From IMG/VR virus record IMGVR_UViG_3300013117_000027: a stretch of DNA of 64,000 bases; one strand, written 5' to 3'. The position numbers were made by a program, and so were the translations under genes. Below the pieces are notes generated by a model. The model saw nothing but the letters and a program-made list of their open reading frames with translations. It did no database searches and was not told the origin of the DNA. Below are positions 48,287 through 59,300 of this stretch, one piece after another. Numbering within the stretch: the first letter of the stretch is position 1; every line of letters begins with the position of its first letter. The DNA is from a virus.

Positions 48287-49627
48287 ATGGCAAGAAAGTT
48301 CTACACAAAGAATTTCTTAGATCCTGCTGAAGATTTACTAAAAAATGTAGAGCTTCGCGGAACAAATGTAGTGGCTGGAGGTCCTATAGCTACAAAAACT
48401 ATAGGTGAGTATTCTCCTATACAACAAGCTAAGGATGTACAAAATCTGGGCGGACAGACTGTAGCAGGTAATATGCAAGACGGTCCTCTACAGAGTCGTG
48501 TTCCTTTTCAAGAAGATATGTTACATACATATAGTGGTACAGATGTTACTGTAGCTATAGTATATAACGAGCATATACTTTTACTTAATAATGTTGAGAC
48601 ATTCGCTTGGTCTATTCATAGAGAGAAGGTTCCTGTGAGAAGATTAGGTGATACTAACGCTAAGAATTATACGTATGGATCCAGGACAATAGCTGGTTCT
48701 ATAGTTTTTGTACAGTTTGACGAGCATCCTTTATACGGTCTTTTTCAGTTCCTTAATGAACGTACCGCTAAGAATACACGATATAGTTCGCCATTATCAG
48801 ACGATATCCCTCCTTTTGATATTATACTATACTTTTCTAACGAAGCTGGTGCTGGATCTATAATGAGATTCTACGCAATAGATATAGCTGATGAAGGTGG
48901 AGTTGTAAGTATCAATGATATATACTCTGAGAATACAATGCAGTGGGTATGTAAAGATATGGATCCTATGATATCTGAAGGCGAAGTAGGTTCTTGGAAA
49001 GCACTTTTATTTCAGAAGCAACTAGAAGGTAAGGTTGTAGATGAACAGTTTACTGCTATGCTTAGATATAGACAGAAACTAGAAAATGATGTATCAAGAC
49101 TCTCTGCGGAGATACAGACTATTGATAAACAAATAATAGAGTTAGGTACAAGAAATACCGACGTGAACGGCATAGGAACTATGGCTCGTACAAATATGGT
49201 TAACTCTGATCCGGGTATCACACAAAGAAGAAACGCACTTACCAAACAAGCTAATATAAAACAAAGTAAGATAGATAGATTGGTAGCAGAGATATCTAAA
49301 GTAGATGCATCTATCGCGGCTTACGAACAATCTAATATGACTTGGGACATGGACGCTAACCTATATGGTATGACTAGGTCGGAAAGGTATATTAAACCGT
49401 ATACCACTAATAATGTCGACGGAACTATAGCTCCAGGATATCAACCTTATGGAGACTATGATGACATTGTTACTAATAAACCTGAAGATGAATCACCTCT
49501 CCAATATCAAGGAGGAGCTAAAGGTAGTAATCCTCCGTACTATAAGAAGGGCGGTTATAAGCCTAGACCTTATGTAGATCAAAGACGTCCACCTCGTAGA
49601 GGGGATCAACGTTATCCATCTCAATAG
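48287..49627 (+). CDS. Tube-fold paralogue (tube initiator/baseplate) with a coiled-coil extension
   Basis: YSGTDV, WSIHREKVPV, GSRTIAGSIVF, VSINDIYSE parallel the tube motifs. Confidence 0.75.
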   Translation: MARKFYTKNFLDPAEDLLKNVELRGTNVVAGGPIATKTIGEYSPIQQAKDVQNLGGQTVAGNMQDGPLQSRVPFQEDMLHTYSGTDVTVAIVYNEHILLLNNVETFAWSIHREKVPVRRLGDTNAKNYTYGSRTIAGSIVFVQFDEHPLYGLFQFLNERTAKNTRYSSPLSDDIPPFDIILYFSNEAGAGSIMRFYAIDIADEGGVVSINDIYSENTMQWVCKDMDPMISEGEVGSWKALLFQKQLEGKVVDEQFTAMLRYRQKLENDVSRLSAEIQTIDKQIIELGTRNTDVNGIGTMARTNMVNSDPGITQRRNALTKQANIKQSKIDRLVAEISKVDASIAAYEQSNMTWDMDANLYGMTRSERYIKPYTTNNVDGTIAPGYQPYGDYDDIVTNKPEDESPLQYQGGAKGSNPPYYKKGGYKPRPYVDQRRPPRRGDQRYPSQ

Positions 49628-49636
49628 GAGACCTAA

Positions 49637-52318
49637 ATGCCTTACGATATAAGAAAAAATGAAGAAAAGTTAGCAAATCTTCAACAACAACACAAGAATG
49701 GACAGACACGAGGAGATCTATTAGCCCCAGACGTTAACGATATACGTCATAACTATAATACATATAGATATGATTACTTTAGTGGAGCACAGGCTAAAGT
49801 GTTTTTCGGTGATGTACTAGTGGACGATATTGTTACGCTTAGTTATGCAATGAGACAGACTAAAGAACCCATATACGGTTATGCTTCTCAAAGGTACGAT
49901 GCGGTTGCTATGGGAACTGTAATAGGAGAGGGTTCACTTACTATAGCTTTTAAAGAGGTAGGTTATCTTAATGTTATACAGTCTTACTTAGAAAACCAAA
50001 GAGAAGGTATAGATCTCGCGAAAGATAATGTTATCAGACGACTAACAAGTGGTAGAGAAAGAAACATTTCACAAGAGATACAGAATACGTCTACTTTATC
50101 AGCAGTGATGGCTCCTAACCTTACTCCTTCTCTTGTAAGAAGATCAGAGAATATCGAGAAGATTCTAGACGATCTAAAAGAGAAAGATATATCTCCTTTT
50201 AAAGTTCGCGGTAGAGAAGATGGCACTATTACTACAGGTGCTCAAGACTTTGACGATATGGCAGAACTCTTAGAAGATACTATCTGGGGAGATCACAATG
50301 GTAAACCATTTGATCTAAAAGATGTAGAGTTAAAGAGAGCAGATGAGTTCGATTACAGGTATGGTCGTAGCGGTAAGATAGGTATCAAAGCTGGTAACAG
50401 AAATAACTACAGAGATACTTTAAATATAATGGTAATTTTTGGCGATATAAACGACTTCAAAGCGGAGCATACATTTGTTTTATTAAACGATGTACACTTT
50501 AACTCACATTCAATGGTTATGGGTCCAACCGGTGATCCTATAGGAGAAACGTATAACTTTTTCTTTCATGATATGAACAAGTCTTTATCTACACAAACTT
50601 TTAATGTTAACGGTATCAAGTTAAACGTAGGAACAAAGAATGAGGATATTACTCTTCCTAGAAAAGAAGACATGGAATACCTAAATGACTTTATAGGTAG
50701 ACCTGAACAATTCTTTAAGATCAACGTAGTTTCTGCTTTTAGAGGCGGAGTATGGACTAATGATATACCGTTATTCTTCGAAGATAAAGCTAGTAAAAAT
50801 AATCAAGTAGGTTTTACTAGAAGAGACGATATACCTTATGTTCCTCAGTTAACAAAGTTTGTAGAACAAACTGTTACAGAGAAAGCGTTAGGACAAACAG
50901 ATTTACCAGAGAAACTATTAGTAAAGATAGAAGCAGAAAGCAACGATATACAAGGCACAGAGACTATGCACTTTATCTTAGATAAAGGATCAGACTTCTC
51001 ATCTTTATACGTTGTAACTGTTCCTACTAAGAATGACTTCTACGCTGTTAATCTTGTACAACGTGAAGACTTCTTTTTTAATCCTGCTCCACCTGAACCA
51101 ATCTTAGAACCTATACAGTCACCTGATCTTAATAGTGAGACAACTGTTACAGATCCTAAGACTGGAGAAGTTTTCACATCTGCCGGTTCACAAGAAGATA
51201 TTGATACAGGACCTAACGTCTCAACGTTTGCTGATACAGGTAAAGTAGATAATACAGATCCAGTGTCTCCGTTAGATAAGACACAACAAGATATTATAAA
51301 TGAACAACAACAACTTCTAGATCAACAAGTGCAAACACTTAATCAACAAGTTAAGAGTGAAGGTCTCACACAAGCTGAGTATGATGCTAGGATTAAAGCT
51401 CTACAGATTAGTAATCAAGCATTACTACAATCTCAGGTTAATGCATTAGAAGCTGATAAGAAGTTAATACAAGATTTAGGTAGTACTCCAGAATCAAGAG
51501 GACAACTTCTAGGGGACAGGACAGCAAAAGAGAAAGCATCTTTTGAAGCTATATACGGTCCAGGAAGCTATGAAACTTCTCTACAAAAACGTAATAAAGA
51601 GATTATAGAATCACAAACAAGAGGTAATAATCCAGATCCTTCAGATGTTCAACAAATATTACCTGATAGTTATCAACTTGAAGGGATAAGTAATAAGCAA
51701 GAGTATAATGGTACTTACTCAGAGACTCCAGGTACCGATGCTCCAGGATTTGTTCCTAGAACATCACCTATAGATAAACATTTACCTCAGTTAGATAAGG
51801 TAAGAGAAGACTACGGAGAAATAGCAGATAGAACTGCACAAAACTATCCAGACATAGATAAAGAAACTTTACTAGCTATTATATACCAAGAGTCTAAAGG
51901 TTTTAGATATGCTAGACCGCAAGATCCTAGAACTGGTAAATTCTTATCAAGCTCAAGAGGTGTTGGTCAGTTTAAAGAAGGAACAGGTAAAGATGTAGGT
52001 TTTGAGAAAAGACCTTCTAACTATAGGAAAGGTACAACAGAGTGGGATAGAGAAGTTTATGCAGATTGGTATGATCCTAATAAAGCTATTCCAGCTATAG
52101 CTACTTATCTACAACGCAATGGAGATAAGAAGTGGTTGGAAGATCTTAAGTACTCTAATCCTAAAGCTTATCAACAGGTAAGGAATTCTTTTCATCACTC
52201 AGGACCATATGGTAAGTTACAAAGACAAGGTCAGATTAATACAGCAGACCCTAATACAGTTAATTGGTTATCAAATGTTGAAGCATGGAAAGAGTATTAT
52301 AAACAATCATCACAATAG
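49637..52318 (+). CDS. Tube-fold/baseplate hub protein with a C-terminal lytic transglycosylase (SLT-like) domain
   Basis: YFSGAQ, YAMRQTKEPIYGY; C-terminal LLAIIYQESKG..SSSRGVGQF..YDPNKAIPAIATYL. Confidence 0.75.
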   Translation: MPYDIRKNEEKLANLQQQHKNGQTRGDLLAPDVNDIRHNYNTYRYDYFSGAQAKVFFGDVLVDDIVTLSYAMRQTKEPIYGYASQRYDAVAMGTVIGEGSLTIAFKEVGYLNVIQSYLENQREGIDLAKDNVIRRLTSGRERNISQEIQNTSTLSAVMAPNLTPSLVRRSENIEKILDDLKEKDISPFKVRGREDGTITTGAQDFDDMAELLEDTIWGDHNGKPFDLKDVELKRADEFDYRYGRSGKIGIKAGNRNNYRDTLNIMVIFGDINDFKAEHTFVLLNDVHFNSHSMVMGPTGDPIGETYNFFFHDMNKSLSTQTFNVNGIKLNVGTKNEDITLPRKEDMEYLNDFIGRPEQFFKINVVSAFRGGVWTNDIPLFFEDKASKNNQVGFTRRDDIPYVPQLTKFVEQTVTEKALGQTDLPEKLLVKIEAESNDIQGTETMHFILDKGSDFSSLYVVTVPTKNDFYAVNLVQREDFFFNPAPPEPILEPIQSPDLNSETTVTDPKTGEVFTSAGSQEDIDTGPNVSTFADTGKVDNTDPVSPLDKTQQDIINEQQQLLDQQVQTLNQQVKSEGLTQAEYDARIKALQISNQALLQSQVNALEADKKLIQDLGSTPESRGQLLGDRTAKEKASFEAIYGPGSYETSLQKRNKEIIESQTRGNNPDPSDVQQILPDSYQLEGISNKQEYNGTYSETPGTDAPGFVPRTSPIDKHLPQLDKVREDYGEIADRTAQNYPDIDKETLLAIIYQESKGFRYARPQDPRTGKFLSSSRGVGQFKEGTGKDVGFEKRPSNYRKGTTEWDREVYADWYDPNKAIPAIATYLQRNGDKKWLEDLKYSNPKAYQQVRNSFHHSGPYGKLQRQGQINTADPNTVNWLSNVEAWKEYYKQSSQ

Positions 52319-52361
52319 ACATATACTATATGTGTCCCTGATGAATTAACAAGGAGAAACT

Positions 52362-52667
52362 ATGGGAAAAGAAGTTACACAAGACATGATTAATGAATGG
52401 AAAGTTCAACACGGTAGTGTTTTTAGAGTTCCAGTTGGAGATATAGATATATACTTTACTACTCTAACTAGAGAGAACTACGTAGAGATCATGGGTAGAC
52501 AAAATACAATTCCTACATTCGATCCAGAGGTAGAGACTGTGAAGATATGCGTTCTAAATGAACTACCAGATGGTGCTCTTGATAATAAAGGCGGAATCGC
52601 GACTGTTGTCCATGAACATATCATGGTAAAGAGCGGTTTTGTTGTAGTAGAATCTGAAGAACTATAA
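52362..52667 (+). CDS. Tail assembly chaperone
   Basis: INEWKVQHGSVF..IYFTTLTRENY..IMVKSGF; position before the tape-measure locus. Confidence 0.7.
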   Translation: MGKEVTQDMINEWKVQHGSVFRVPVGDIDIYFTTLTRENYVEIMGRQNTIPTFDPEVETVKICVLNELPDGALDNKGGIATVVHEHIMVKSGFVVVESEEL

Positions 52668-52690
52668 CGACCAAATATTAATTAGGTAAT

Positions 52691-52726
52691 AAGGGGACGG
52701 GAGTTATATTCCCTTCCCCTTTTTTT
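52691..52726 (+). terminator. Intrinsic terminator
   Basis: AAGGGGACGGGA-GTTATAT-TCCCTTCCCCTT-TTTTT. Confidence 0.85.
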
Positions 52727-52739
52727 GTATGGAGGAAAC

Positions 52740-53366
52740 ATGACAAAAAATACAAAGTTCTATAAAGCTAAAGTAGAAGGTTCAGACGATACTATTATAT
52801 ACAGAACTCTTACTGTTAAAGAGTTAGGTATTGTAAATGGTATACAAAATCCTGCTTATAAAAATGAACTTACTGCAAAGCTTGGAATAACAGAAGGATA
52901 CTCTACAGACTTACATTACACTGCTATTAATCAGATAGGTATAGATATACTTAATAAGTCTACAGAAATAATGACCGACAAAGATTTGTTCGATATAGTA
53001 GTAGATACTTACAGAGCATCTGTTCAAGACGATACTACATTAGAGTTAATAAAACATATACTTACTGTGATGCCTAATCTTTCGATACAATATCTTTTAG
53101 ATCAGACATACGCAGATCTGATAGAGTTAGTATGTTTTTGTGAGAACGTAAGTGGTAAGAAAATCTTTCAACGTAAATCGTTTACACAACCACCGATGCC
53201 AGCAGATCCTTTTCAGGATAATAGTAGTAAAACATTAAATCTACAAGGCGTAGATCATACACTTTCTCCTATCCAAGAGTTCGACGGGAAGAAGTATCTT
53301 CATGAAGATAAAGAGAAGTCTCTTGTCGATAAGATGAAGGAAGATCAAAAATTCTTTAAGGATTAA
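52740..53366 (+). CDS. Second tail assembly chaperone-like protein
   Basis: IIYRTLTVKEL motif; ATG 52740 after GGAGG; precedes the giant gene. Confidence 0.55.
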   Translation: MTKNTKFYKAKVEGSDDTIIYRTLTVKELGIVNGIQNPAYKNELTAKLGITEGYSTDLHYTAINQIGIDILNKSTEIMTDKDLFDIVVDTYRASVQDDTTLELIKHILTVMPNLSIQYLLDQTYADLIELVCFCENVSGKKIFQRKSFTQPPMPADPFQDNSSKTLNLQGVDHTLSPIQEFDGKKYLHEDKEKSLVDKMKEDQKFFKD

Positions 53367-53368
53367 CT

Positions 53369-56300
53369 ATGGCTTATTACGATCCAAGAACAAGTGACGA
53401 AAGATACTATGATCCTCATAGGAATACTAGTGGTAGTCTTACTAGTAGCGTCACGTCTGGTATAGGTTCATTTGCTAAAAATGCTGTAGGATACATGGTT
53501 ATGTACTCTGCTATGACGTTCGCGGGTGGCGTCACTAGTAAGTTCATAGGTAATATAGCTAAAACGCAAGCTCTTAAAGGTACAGGTACTATAGCTAAAA
53601 GAATATCTGCCCTAAAGGCTCCTACCTTAGGTAAGATAGCTAAGCAATTCACACCTGTGCGTCACGCTGCTACAAGAGTGAGGATGGCCACGCGTCCTTT
53701 AAGACAAGCCTATAAAAAGAGAGCTAGACTTCTCGAACGAGTTAATAGGAAAGATTCGTTATTAGGAGATAAAGCAAGATTTACTAGTGCTTTTAGAAAC
53801 GGTAAGACATTAGCAGCAACAGCAGGAAATCTTTTATATAAACATGGAATCAAAGGATCTGTAGCAGGATATGCTTGGGATAGTGTAGCCGGTAACCTTC
53901 CTATGTATGGCTTAGAAGAAAAGGCTGCTTGGAATGTTCCTGGACACGTAATGAATTACGCTAAATATATGAAGGATAATATCATTACATTTAGCGCGTT
54001 TGGCGCTATCGGTCCTATATATAAAGGTGCTAGGGGTACTATAGGTCTAGGTCTAAGAAACGTAATGGAGAAGAATACTGCGTTTAGAGATAAGATTTTA
54101 GGTAACTTAGCTAAGATTACAAGACCTAGATACTCGTCAGTTCAAGCTCCTACAAAAGCTACTAATTCTATATTCAAAGAAGATGTTAATAATTTTAATA
54201 CTGCTAATTCTTATAATGTCTTTAATAAAGCTATAGATGCAACAAAGGCTGCTGGTAAAACGTTTTACTCTGCGTTTATAGAGAATGCTAGAACAATGTT
54301 CGCCGAAGCTGGTAGACATGGTTCTCATAATATTCATAAACCTACAAAAGGAAGTGTTACATCTTTCTTATCAAGGTTTAAGAAGAATATAACTGATCAT
54401 TGGCAAATGCATCGCGAGCAAGCAAGGTATGGAAGAACTGTAGGTGTTCTTGAGTCCGAAGGTATGCGCACAATGAAGACCTTTGAACACTTAGGTAACA
54501 TTGAAAGTACAGCCGGACAAGCATTAGAACAGACTACAGCTAAGAATACCAACATGAATCTCATTAACTCTATACGTGACGATCAGTTAAAACCTAAGAA
54601 TTTTTTAGCACAAGTCCTAAGTCTTAGACCTACTGTTACTGGTGATGTTATGAATACCGACTATATCAGTAGAGTAGGTAGTAACTTCGCTAAGTACTTT
54701 CCTAAGAGCAAAGCTCATGTTGTTGATCAGGCTATGAGTAATGTTAGAATGGGTAATGATTATTATTCAAGAGGTAAGTTCAATGTAGACTTATCAATGC
54801 TTAGTCCTCTACATCAGTTAAAGAGGGTTACTAATAAGATAATGGGTCTTAATCTTTCTTTTATGATCGGACTACCTCCTGTAGGAAGAGATCTATCTCT
54901 AGGTAACATAACTGGTTGGAACTCATTAATGGGCGGTAGTGTAAGATCTACTCCTTTTAATAAAGATACGACAGGACTAGGTCTCATAGTTAAGTCTGGT
55001 GGAGTAACAGATACTAGAGGCAATCTTGTACAACGTGGAACTCCTAGAACATTACAACAACTAGCTGCCGATACTTTAGGTGAGAACATGAGTGATAACC
55101 TAAACGTATCTCTTATTAATGGGAAGTTCTATGCTGCTGATGGAGTCAACCTTACCAATCTTAATTCAATGAATACTGTTCTTAAATATTCTCATCCTGA
55201 GATCTTTGGTAAAGCAGGAGAAGCAAAACTTTCTAATATTAAAGAATGGATTTATCATAGCTCTAGAGAACCTGGTAGTATCATGGAAGCTAATAAGTGG
55301 TTAACAGACGCTAATAGAAATACTGCGTCTAATCCTTTTCAATGGGCAATGAAGAAACTTGATTGGGGAGTACCAGAAGCTATTCCTAATGCGTGGAGAA
55401 AACTCAAAGAAATACTAACACCAGGACGTATACGTCATGCTGGTAAGAACTTGAATCACTCTCAAGATCTACAGGCAGAAATGTGGGAAAATTTATTAAG
55501 TAAAAGAATCGATTACGATAAACTTAAAGCACATATACCTATTATGCGTGACTCTATGGAACATACTGGGCAAGAAGTCGGTATGTTGATGCAATCTCCT
55601 ACTATATACCAAGAGATTGCTCATAATAGCAGATACCTTCAAGCTAATCAAATGGACTCAGCTATATTTCATAGCGATGAGAAGTTTATGACAAAACTTT
55701 TCAATATGCAAGAGAGTGCATTAGATCAAAATGATGTCTTCTGGAAACTAATGAAGAACCCTGATTCTAAAGCTATTTACGAGACAGCATTATGGAATCC
55801 TAAAAAAGCCAAGGATGCTATTCCTTTTAAGAGACAAGGACGATTATCTGATTATAACTCAATGAATGTACTGAAGACTCAGTTTGTGACAGAAGGTCTT
55901 AATGTTGACTATTCTATGACTAATATGCATCCATTCGTAGATGCAGCTGATACTTTGTTTAAACAAGGACATATATCTGGTACTCAATCTACTGCTATGA
56001 AGATGTATGGTTTTGTTAGTACGTTATTCGCTGATGGCAATCTAGATAACTTCGCTAAAGGAACTCCTACACCTCAAGATAAGACAGCCTTAGGTGCTGT
56101 TATTAATACTTTTAAAAAGAGACACAATATTGAACTAGAGCACGCTATGGACTACATTAGTAGAACAGAGTTTAGAACTCCTAGTAGAGATGGTAAGTTG
56201 TTTCAAACTTTGAAAGAGACAATCTTAGATCCTAGACTTCTTCCTAGTGTAAGAGAACAAGTTTATGATAAGAGTCCTTTCTTTGCTTTAAGTGTAGGCG

Positions 56301-59300
56301 ATAACGGATCTGGTAAGTTTCAAACCGGCATTAAGAAAGCATTAGATATTGGAGCAGAGCGTCTTACTAACCTTATTAAGATGACAACAGGTCTTAGGAG
56401 AGATCCTTTTAAGTACGGTGACGGTGTACGCGGTGCAGCCAGATTTATTAGTACAAGAGGTGGACAGTTAGCTGCAGCAGGACTTGCTTATAAAGCGTTA
56501 GATGCGCTCATAGCAGATAATCCTATGCTCGACGAGACAGCTCTTGATCAAGGTATAACAGGATTTATCGCCGATAATGTAGCTAAGACTCATTTACTAT
56601 CATCAAGAATAGCTAATATGACAGGTATAGCTGGCGTAGGTAGATACTTAGACGGTTTAATGCCAGGGTTTGTATCTAGTGCTCCTGGGGCTATTGTCGG
56701 AGCTGCTCTAAACTGGCGACGAGGAATAACTGAGACAGCTGTAGGAGCTGTTAAAGGTGCTATCTCTAATAGAGTTCTTTCGCCATTAATGCCTGATATG
56801 ACTAAAACTTACGATCAGTTAGAAGCCGAGTACTCAGGTAAAGAAGAAGTTCCTATCATCGAAGGTAGAATGTGGCTCATGGGTACTACTCCATGGCAAG
56901 GTAAAAGAGTTATTGGATGGAGACCTAACTGGTATCAACGTATGCATTCGAGATGGAAAGCTTCTGATAGTTTATACGGTAGTGAATTAAGAAAGCTTTT
57001 ACATGAGCCTATATTCCCGGTTGGAATAAGTGTTGGAGACATTATCGACCCTTACTACATGGAACGAAAACACTACTTCTCAAGGCCTTATGCGGAATGT
57101 ATTTATCCGCAAGCATTTGTTCAAATACATAATGGTATTAAAATGGTTAAGGATATTGTAAAAGGTGATAAGATATACGATGTGGATGGTGTGATTTATA
57201 ATGTTAAAGATGTTACTAGTAGAAATGTTAAAAATAATGAGAATATTCACTCTGTTAATTTGGTAGGTATTCATGAACCATTAATAATAAGCGAAGATCA
57301 TAAACAACCAATTATAAAAGATATTAAATGTAAGTATAAGTCAGCATCGAATAAATCATGTGTAGGAGAACACAAAGGGATATGTAAAAAATGTAAAAGT
57401 AAAAGAACCTCGTTTGAAATTGATTGGGTTGAAACAAAAGATATAAATGTTGGTGATTTTCTAGTTAAACCTATAGTTAGACCAGTGTATAATGGTGATG
57501 TTATACAATTATCAAAATATATCAACTTTCGTAACTATGTTGTTGAAAAAGATATATGTTATATTATCGATAAGAATAATAAAAAAACAAAAACAAATGC
57601 ACAAAATACATTCCGTATTGATGACAAAATAGCTTATTATTTTGGATTGTATCTTGCTGAAGGTTGGATAAACTTTGGAAGAAACAAACCTCATACAGTT
57701 AATACTGTTCATAATATGAAAGAATATGATTATGTTAAAACATATATTACACATATGTGTTCAGTATTCAAATGTAGTTACTCAGAGGAAAAACATGATA
57801 ACTATGTAACATTTCATATACATAATGTTCTGTTAGCTGAATTAATATTTGGTCTATTTAATAAAGCATCTGATAAAAAATGTATTCATTTTACTAAGGA
57901 AATAGATAGAAAAATAGTGGCTGGAATTATATTCGGTGATGGTCATTATGATATATCAAATGTTGTCTTAACTAATACATCATTAAATATTCATGGATAT
58001 GTTACAACTGTTCTTGAAAATGATATGATTCCAATATGTATTAAAAAACATTGTAATAACGGAAAACAATCATATAGAACTTCATTCCCATATTCGTATC
58101 TAGATGAGTATAGAATGAAGTATGATTCTAACTATAAAAATAAATGTATACAAACTCCTAAAGGGCGATCTAATAGAATATATTTTCGTAATGGATCAAT
58201 ACTAAGACGGGTATTATCTAATGATATTATAGAGTATAAAGATAAACTATACGATATAGTAACAGATTCACCAAAGCAAAGTTTCACTTTATTATCTCAT
58301 TGTATACATAATTCTGCAGACTTTGGTGCAGATATACCGTTAGGATTAGGACCTATAGTTAGTGCTACATTAGGACAAGTTATTAAACCTAAGAAACAGA
58401 TGCATAGAGAGTTCATGGAAGGTGACGATGTTATAGGTGACTCAGACTTCGCGGCCAATCCGCCTCCTACGTATAAAGAGATGAGAGGTATGATGAAGAC
58501 TGGTACATGGAATTCTAATAGTATTGGCAGCAGATCATCATTTATGGGAACAGCTAGATATGGTGGAACAAAACTATATGGACAACGTATGGCTGACCAA
58601 GTACTAGATAACTTTGAAAGTGCAATGGGTCTTGTAGGTTTCGCAGGTCATTCTATTAGACAAGGTCTTACCTCGGACGCTGCTATTATTCCGACTGTTG
58701 AAACTGCTGGTAGAATAGCTTCACAGTCAAGGTCTTACTATGATATGAATCTTGGTGGTCTCGGTGTATACTGTTTACCTTATGATGGTAAGGTTCTAAC
58801 ACCTAACGGACTAACTAATATAGGTGAGATTAATAGTGGTGACATAGTTTACGATCAATGTTATAGTAAAAAAAAGGTAACGAATACATTCTCACGTATA
58901 TGTGATGATGATGAGCGAATGTATACCTTTACTTTAAACGCTGGCAAAACGCAAATTGATTGTACATGGAATCATCCATTAGCTATATATAGGAAAGAAA
59001 CATGTCATGACGGTAAAGTAAAACCATGTATACCTAATAGTAAAAAACATTGCACTATATGTACGAAACAAGATAAAGAAGTTTATTGGGATTGGGTCCA
59101 AGCTCAAGATGTTAAAGTCGGTGATTACGCAGTGATGCCTCTGCCTAAATCAGATACTAGTGTTGAAACTGTTGATCTTAGTGCTTATTCAGACTATTCT
59201 TTTTCTGATAAATATATATATACGAGAGCAGGTAACGGATATATAACTGCATTAGAGATGCTAGAACATAATCCATCATTAACAAGAAAACAACTAAGAG

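Noticed and set aside
52362-53366. Programmed frameshift between the tail chaperones (lambda G/GT type)
   Set aside because: The two genes are separated by a stop, a strong terminator and a separate SD, and I saw no slippery site
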